This document shows positions 55,760 through 64,000 of a stretch of 64,000 bases of DNA, piece by piece. The stretch spans positions 86,614,001 through 86,678,000 of the forward strand of contig OZ024741.1 of NCBI GenBank assembly GCA_964016885.1, written 5' to 3'. This stretch comes from Eledone cirrhosa (taxonomy: Eukaryota). A program made the translations under genes and the position numbers. Each line of letters opens with the position of its first letter. Position 1 is the first letter of the stretch. The notes beneath the pieces were generated by a model. The model did not search any database, had not been told where the DNA came from, and saw nothing but the letters and a program-made list of their open reading frames with translations.

Positions 55760-56586
55760 AGTCATAAGAAGGATCATATGCAGTGTGCAGGAGAGGAGAT
55801 GGCATTGGTATGGACATGTGCTGTGTATGCTGGATGACAGTTGTATAAAAAGATGCAGAGTGCTCAAAGTTGATGGAAGCTATGGAATAGGAAGACCTAA
55901 GAAGACTTGGGATGAGGTGATAAAAGGCGACCTTGTACAATTACACCTCTCAAAGGCGATGACAGGATCGACATCTCTGACTTTATGCAGTAATACAGAA
56001 GACCCACCTTCCCATGTGCACAGGTTGAAGCATACATCTAGTACGCACTTTCCCTTACCTCCCTTTTCCATATACCTCCAATGTCATAACATCCCTCCCT
56101 TGATCCACCCCTCACCTGATAAGAGCCTCATCTTAGATTTACCTTTCCAATCCCCATGCACCTCCCACACCCCAGTCCACACTGTAAAGTGGCCGTGTAG
56201 CAGTCACAACAAAAAGCACCCAGTCCACACTGTAAATTGGTTGTGTAGGGATCACGACAAAAAGCACCCAGTCAACACTGTAAAGTGGTTGTGTAGGTAT
56301 GTGTTACAACAAAAAGCACCCAGTCCACACTGTAAAGTGGCTGTATAGGTGTCACAACAAAAAGCACCCAGTCCACAGTGTAAAGTTGTCGTTTTGGTCC
56401 CACAATTAAAAGCACCCAGTACACACTGTAAATGTGGTTGGCATTAGGAAGGGCATCCAGCTGTAGAAACCAAGCCAAAATCGGTCCAGTGTGAGCAAGA
56501 TACGGCCATTGATCTGGCTTGGCTCACATCTGGACAACTCCTCTAATCCATGCTAGTGTGGAAAAATGGACGTTAATTGGTGATGA
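55760..56586 (+). mobile_element. Older RTE 3' fragment with expanded ~47-bp 3' UTR repeats
   Basis: QERRWHWYGHV...GRPKKTWDEV; six CACCCAGTCCACACTGTAAA units; TGATGA tail. Confidence 0.88.
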
Positions 56587-56800
56587 TACATACATTCGTG
56601 GGAACATATGTAAGCAAGATATGCCCCCACCTCCTGTCCCATCTGTGAGTTCAGTGGCTCTGATTAAGAACTAACTTGGTCTGTGATGACCCATTTAAGC
56701 ATTGCCAGCAGGGAAAATGGACGATAAATGATGATGATGATGATTGCTTAAAATTCTAAATTCTGAGGTAGAAATGATTAAATTCACTGCAACTACTTAC

Positions 56801-56861
56801 CTTATAATCAGGAAGCTGACTAACACCAGGCCAAGTGTCCTCAGTTGGTGTGCCAAGTAAT
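56801..56861 (-). CDS. CDK5: CDK5 internal exon (61 nt)
   Basis: aag|ATTACTT...TATAAG|gtaagt encodes LLGTPTEDTWPGVSQLPDYK. Confidence 0.92.
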
Positions 56862-57929
56862 CTTTGAACATTATAAAACAAAATTGTAAACTTAGAAATG
56901 AAATCTGAGTGAAGAGTGAAAATAAAATTAAATGATAAATACAGAGATAAACGCATTCTCCTACCATAAATGTTAAACATTTTATGAACTAAATATGACT
57001 TAATCTAGCTACATTTTATTGTTAACAAAAAATATCATTCAATTATTTTAGTCAATAAATACATCTAATTATTTCCTGGCACACTATCATCTATTTTTAA
57101 ATTACTGCATGACAATATCTCCTTGCTGTGTTGAACCTCTGTTAATTCCAACTGCAAGTGTTTCAGTTGTTTGAACAACCAAACAGCCTGCTCATGAAAT
57201 TAATATGCATGTAGTTGAGCATTCCTTGGATATGTGCACCTTTAACACAGTGTGACAAGACTGGCCCTTTCAATTATAGGTGAGTGAACTGGAGCAACAT
57301 GAAATAAAGTCTCTTGCTCAAAAACTGCCCTTTTAACACATGTCAGATGGATTACAATATTCATTATTACAAATGCTTTGACTGTTCCATGACTACTAGT
57401 ACCATCTTCAACATAAAATTATTTTAACAAAGTATATTTGATTTGATTTTCGCCAACAAACCACATGTGAACATGAACGGGGAAAAAAAAAAAAATTACT
57501 ACATCCTTTAGGGATCACAGTAAGTACTTCACAAAATCTATAAACAACTATATACACACAGATTTATAGATACATACCGCACACACATATACACACAGGT
57601 GAAAAGAAACCACACTATTTCGTGTGAGACACTATACCGGCCAATCTTACGTACATTTGTAAAATCTTTCTGAACACTGACTTTGCTTCTAACCCACATA
57701 CACCTTTTAATTATATATATATAATTATATATTCGTGTGCAGATCTTTTTGCATACACACACCCACTACATAGGAAAACAGAAACAGAAATACAAAAACA
57801 AAACATAAACAAACATTTATCTTGTTAACAAATGTGCTAAACTTACGCAGCATATTTATTTGTTTACATTTACATCTTGTTCTACTGTACAGATGGACAG
57901 ACAGGACAAAATAGCTATTATGACATCCA

Positions 57930-60900
57930 TGAATGAAGTGTGTGATAAAACTGGGTGATGTTCCAAAGTAGAACATTGCCCAGAAAATCATGCCTGTCAT
58001 CTATGTACAGAACCAGAGAACTCCTTCCGAAATCGATGGGTCGAATGTGGCAAATGTTGTGTTTCTGTTTGCCTTCAATGTGCCACAAACTTTTGAAAGA
58101 TTGCGGGTCAGAAAAAGAGACATGATACTTCTATGATGGATGGGCTCTGGGAAATGGTCCAGCTAACAAATTGGTCCTTTCAGTGCTTGGCTTGTATGTC
58201 TGTCTCTACCATTGCTGCTGAACAACAAAACAAAAACCGAAGATCGTGTATTCCTCTACCATTGTTCCTGAACAACAGCAAAAACCAAAAACCAAAAAGC
58301 CAACAACCGTAGCTTCTGCTACTACTCCTGATGAAGGACTTCATCAACAACAGCAACCCATGTCTTCCTCCCCCGTTACTTTTTAACAACAACAACAACA
58401 AAAATCGACCGTCAATATGGAGTTTGAGGAAATACGGCAAATGATTTCCGCTTTAAGCCGAGAAATAGCGGGAATAAAATCAAGCATTCGTGTAGAACCT
58501 CACGGAGTGCCTTGTTAAAAAATCTCTGCGTACCTCTTGCTGAATCTAGACGCATTGAGAATGCCACTAAATCTGTAAACCATGAAGTGATTGCCATTGG
58601 TGTACCAGAAGACATAGTTGATCTTCAGGCATTTGCTGCCAGTTCATCAAAAGACTTGGGCTGTGCTCCCCTGAAGAGTGCTCTACGCCTTGGCCGACCA
58701 GGTCTGAAACCCAGGCTAAGTAGACTGTCTTTTTCGAACTCAACTGAGGCACGTTCATATCTTTTAGCTTCTGATGAAGCTAGGCGTGAAAGTTGGATTG
58801 CTTTCCGAACACGCCCTGGTCTTCCACCTGATGTCCGCGCAAAGCTGTGAGCAGCAGCTTCCTTAAACCGCAGCCAGGCAGAACATGAAAGCTTCAGCCT
58901 ACGTGATGATGGGCAGATATGGAATTTATTAAGGCTAGTGAAACATGGAAAAGAGATACCAGCTGCTCTGAAAACACTGTACCCACAACAACTGACAATA
59001 AAAAAACTGAAAAATCTCTGGGAAAGTAAATCAGAACAACCTGCCATCCCCTGCACATAATCATAGACTGGAATCAAGGTAAAAAATTGTTGTCCTTGAA
59101 TGCATGTAGTCTATGCAATAAGATTCATCTTTTTGACTCCTACGTCAAAAGTATCAACCCTGACTTCATTAGTCATGGAAACATGGGCACATTCCTAACT
59201 CTGCGATGGGGTTTTCAGCATAACTGGCTACAAAAGACCGCATTAATCGTTGTGGTGGTGGTGGTGTAATGGTCTACGTTCGGTCAAATTTTTCGGCAAT
59301 TCCTTGTGTTGATTTGAATCAATTGCAGCAGGAAATATTTTTCTGCGATATACATATGACCATGTCAACACTGCTACTTGGAGTCGTTTACCGTCCCCCA
59401 AATTACCATCAGGACACTCAAATTTGTGATATCCTCAGAGTTGCTGCCAGGAAAACAGCCACTTATGTTGTTTTTATTGCAGGGGACTTCAATCACCCTG
59501 AGATTGACTGGGAAACCTTTCATTGGCCGCCAAGTGCAAATAACTTTCTTGAGCTAGTGCTGGACTCGAACTGGTCCCAAGTAGTCACCTCCCCAACAAG
59601 AGGTGACAACACTTTGGACTTACTCTTCACCATTACTCCTGAAACGGTTATTAGTGTTACTACTGAGGAACCTTTGGGGTGACTCTGATCATGCTATGAT
59701 CATTGCCAATCTATCCCTCATGGGCAGTAACAAAAACCACAACTATCTCCAAACTGCTCACTTTGACTGGAATAAAGCAGACTGGAACTGTTACTGCACC
59801 GAGTTGCAACGTCGAAACTGGCTTGAGTTCTATGACTCTGGAGATGTCAACATTGTACTCCAGAACATCCTGAGCTCAATATGGACAGCATGTGCAGCAT
59901 CAGTGCCACGTAAGCAGAAAAAACATCTCAAAAGTGCAATTTGGGAGACTGCAGCATCTGTCTTGCCAGAAAAGAATGTTGTAATGCTGAACGTGAGTAC
60001 AAACTGCATAAATCAGTTATCAATAGGAAGAAGCGAAATAAATCATCCAACCATCTCAAACAGGTGACAAAAAAGGCACTGCTTCAATTTGAGCAGTGCA
60101 TAGCAACCAGCCCTGACAGTAAGGTGTTCTGGAAATATGTTCACTCAAAGCAGAGGCCTCACTCGCCAGTTGGACCTCTTCGCAATCCCCCACACAAGCC
60201 AGGTTACTGATGACCCCAAGGAATGCGCAGAGCTCATTGCTGAATGCGATGCAGGCATTTTCACTATTGAAGACCAGAGTGTACCGTCTCCACCACCTCT
60301 GACATCAGATTCTATTACAACTATGGAATTTACACCTGCAATGCTGCGACATCACCTTAAAATTAAACACAACCATGCCTCTCCTGGTCTTGATGGTGTT
60401 ACGTACCTGCTTCTTAAACGTGGTGGGTACTTCCTTCTGCACCAGCTATCATGCTTCTTCCAATTCTGTCTGAACAACGGTGCTACTCCAGAACAGTGAA
60501 AAACTGCCAGTGTCATTCCTCAGTTCAAAAAGGGTGACCGCACATTACCTGTGAACTATCGTCCATTCAGTCTTACTAGCTGCATTGCCAAACTGGTGGA
60601 ATCCTGTGTCAGAAAAACGCTTTTGAACTTCTAGAACTCTCACAGTCTTATCTGGCCCTCACAATTTGGATTTATCCCTAACTCCAGCTGTTGTGGTCAA
60701 CTTATCGAGTTTCTCGAAGACATCACCCGGATCACGGGTGGATGTTGTTTACCTTGACTTTGCTAAAGCTTTCAATTCTGTGCCACACAAAAGAGTTACG
60801 GCAAAACTCTCTGCAATGGGTGTGAAAGATGATCTTTTTAACTGGTTGAAGTCCTTCATTCTCATTCGAAGAGAGGTAGTCACGGTTCTGGGACAGCATT

Positions 60901-61951
60901 CCTCACCATGAGATGTCATCTGGTGTACCACAGGGATCTGTTCTTGGCCCCCTTTTGTTTGTGGCATATATTAATGACATAGATACCAACTTAAAGAATG
61001 CCACAGTACTGAAATATGCAGATGACATCAAGTTGTATCTTGAGATAAAAAGGACAGATCCTGAACACTATAGATCTTGCCTAAAATCTGACCTGGACAC
61101 AATGCAACAATGGATCACGGACTGGCAACTCAAGCTAGCTGTGGAAAAGTGTACCACCATGCATTTTGGGAGTAAAAACCCAGCATCCACATACTCCCTC
61201 CACAACACTAATATCAAGAAGTCTTCTTGGGCATTACGGTCAGCAACGATTTGCGTTGGACGAAGCACGTCTCTAAAATTGTCAAGAAAGCCGAGGGTGT
61301 CTTAGCATCACTCAGCAAGACCTTTGTCAGCCGCTCTCCAGCTATCTATTTATAGCTGTATATAGCTATGGTGCGGCCACACTTAGAATTTGCATCACCA
61401 GTCTGGTACCCCTATTCTGCTCAGAACATTGACCGCCTGGAAACTGTTCAGAGACATGCAACCAAGCGAATACCCTCCATCAGGCATCTACCATACTCTG
61501 AACACCTTGCTTCCCTGGGCATGGATACATTGAAGCTCCGACGTCTGGCAACTGAGTTGGTAAACATGCACAAAATTATTAACCATCTTGCCAACAACAA
61601 CCCTGAGTACCTTTTTGATTTCCATGTGTGTAACACACGTGGGCATGCCCACAAAGTCAGATAACAACACAGCTCCCATGACTTTCGGAAACATTTTTAC
61701 ACGCACAGAGTTGCTGAAGCATTGAACAAACTACTTGCATCAGTTATTAGCTGTCGAGACACTGCATCCTTTAAAACCTCCATGCTTCCTAAGATTCGCC
61801 AACACTACACCTAATATTCCCCCTCCATACACACACACACACATGTATATCATGACTCATACACTATTCACTTCCCTGACATTTGTATATTATTCTATGT
61901 ACTATACATGCACCTGAGCACTGTACACAATAATTTCGTTATTATTATTAT
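57930..61951 (+). mobile_element. Decayed near full-length CR1-clade LINE in a CDK5 intron (antisense)
   Basis: ORF1 relic with PHD-like CHLC...WVECGKC..CLQC; ORF2 motifs LNACSL, YRPP, GDFNHP, PTRGDNTLDL, SDH, YLDFAKAF, GVPQGSVLGP, YADD, VRPHLEF; (ATT)n tail. Confidence 0.9.
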
Positions 61952-64000
61952 CTAAAATTCATTTAACTTTAACAAATGTATTTCTATCCATCTCCAAGGC
62001 TCCGAAATGGTGCACCCTAGAAAAAACGGTTTTCATTTTCGAAATCTGCGTCCCAAGGAGAATGTTTTAGGGTTGTTAGTTATAAAAAAAAATGTAATTG
62101 TTATGAGATATAAACAACTTCAAGATCGCCAATATTGAACACAACGAGAGAGCATATAATATATCCCGATACTGCTAATCGACGACAATAGTGTGTATGC
62201 AAAGGGTAGAGTTGAAAGAAAGGAAAAAATTTGCGTGCATAATTATTTTGAAACTAACACAGACATTGGAGAGAGAAGCCTGTAAAGCAAACTAACTAAA
62301 AGAAATGAACAACAATTACAAGCCGAAAGGAAAACAAACGTGTGTACAAATTCGACACCAAACAAGGTAAACATTTTCAACTTTTCCCTTTTTTCGCATA
62401 AGTGTATGCTTTGTCTGAGACAACTTCAAAATATTCTTCAAGGAACTGGATTTTACCATTCCGTTGGATCACTTAACTCCCAGAGACATTTGAACGGATT
62501 TTACCATTTACAATCTACGGACAGGAATAACAGATCTTCGGAGTAAAAAAAAAAAGAAAAAAAAAAATTTTAAGGATTGGTGTGGCAACAACGCAAGGAA
62601 CCAACCTGGAGCAATTGAATCTCACAATTATACGTTCCTCCTTAACGTACACTTACAATTTTTCAAAAACAAACCCCCCAAATATAAAATAAAAATAAAT
62701 AATTATAAATGGCGAGGAACCGCCACTAGCTTCACAAGAAGAGAATACATATGTCACCATCCCATCTCCCTCTTGAAATAACCTGAATCTATTTATAGTC
62801 AGTTGTGACTGAAAGGTCAATCCATACTTCCATTCTATTTCACAAAATTAGAAGCTTTGACCACTTGATAGAATTCAGGACCAGTAATGTAATCACTCTG
62901 TAATTGTAAACATCTTGTATCACTATCATTCAGGTTTTGATTTTACTGAAGTCTTGCCCATGTGTTTTTTTTTTCTTCACACAAACTCACAATTTCGGTT
63001 TTTACTGCGGATTTACCCATGCGAACTATAACGCAAACTCACAGCCTTAGATTTTGTATTTCTAGCGTTTTTATTTTCCTTCTCTTTGCATGTTCAGTGC
63101 TCTTTCTCTCCCACTGTATTTACCTGCCTCTCACGTGACCACACTCCTCTCCACGCACTCATAATCTTCTCACCCCTTCTCCACTTTCTATCCCTCCCCT
63201 TGCTCACCCCTTACTTCGTCCTCGCGCACAGCCCACATAGGTATTCGTTCAACCTGTCGGTGGCCCGATGTTTCGACCAAACTATCACCGGCGATTGCCG
63301 ATTGATAAAGTTGCCTCCACTTTAACCTAATCCACTCTAGGTGGCGGTGGCATACGTCGAACGACCAAGAGACCTGCTTGGTGGAACGATTTTGTGACAA
63401 ATGGTCAGCCTTCGACCTCTCATTCTCCACCAACTGCAGCACGCACGAGAGGAGCTAACTTGCCCCCACCTACCCCCTCCTCCTCTTCACGGCAGATTCC
63501 GAACGAATTCAACCCGGCCAACCACACCACCCCTACAACTGTTAGCTCACCACCCAACCTCCGCTCTAGTCCCACTGTTAGAACCACTGCTGTCTCCTTT
63601 ACTGACTCATTCCTTCCACCAAATTCCAACACTGGCTCTCTACTGCCGGCTGCTGCCAGCCCACCACCTGATTGCGCTCTCTGTGCCCGCACTAGCCGGT
63701 ACTTAAAGACAATAAATGTCACCTATGCTACGCAAGCTACCACAGAAGCTGTGTCGGCATCACCAAAGCTCAAGCCGAAAGGCTTCAATACTGGACCTGT
63801 AATCGGAGCCACTTCAGCTCCGACGTATCCCGTGGGGATGCCCCACACTTTGATGACCAACTCTCTACCGAGGACTTTGCCACAGCCCTCCAGGGCTTCT
63901 CCAAATCAAAGCTCGTTAACCGGATCCCTAGGAGCTCGGAATAGCTTTGCACGTGCCCTCTCTAATCTACTGAAAAACGTTTGCTCGTCCAACAATAGGT

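Noticed and set aside
56168-56436. CRISPR-like repeat/spacer pattern
   Set aside because: The spacers are homologous to each other, the array lies in an RTE 3' UTR, the context is eukaryotic and there are no cas genes.
63100-64000. Possible decayed LINE (RPAWWNDF, EDFATAL remnants)
   Set aside because: The motifs are too sparse to assign, and the sequence is cut by the window edge.

Overview
Repeat-rich animal genomic DNA, most likely a cephalopod such as an octopus (inferred from the (TA)n arrays and the SINE/RTE content, not proven). It has one 200-N assembly gap at 18314-18513. Two spliced host genes lie on the minus strand and are essentially missed by the ORF track: the last three coding exons of CDK5 (56801-56861, 53012-53092, 50733-50831) and the first coding exon of an atypical Rnd-like Rho GTPase (38207-38317). 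Bases 1-36.3 kb, probably that gene's intron, hold young non-LTR retrotransposons nested in (TA)n-derived microsatellites: two RTE families (A and B), a Penelope-like element with a 1.6-kb inverted copy, a CR1 fragment and an older BovB-like RTE. The rest holds decayed R4/Dong-like, CR1, CRE and mariner elements, SINEs and MITEs. The most notable observations are a C4HC3 PHD finger inserted inside the RT of both RTE families, an RTE ORF whose endonuclease begins behind an in-frame stop with no AUG, a SINE that uses the RTE-B 3' end, minimal hammerhead ribozyme motifs, and several long inverted repeats. The long Tyr/Ile-rich ORFs are microsatellite artefacts.
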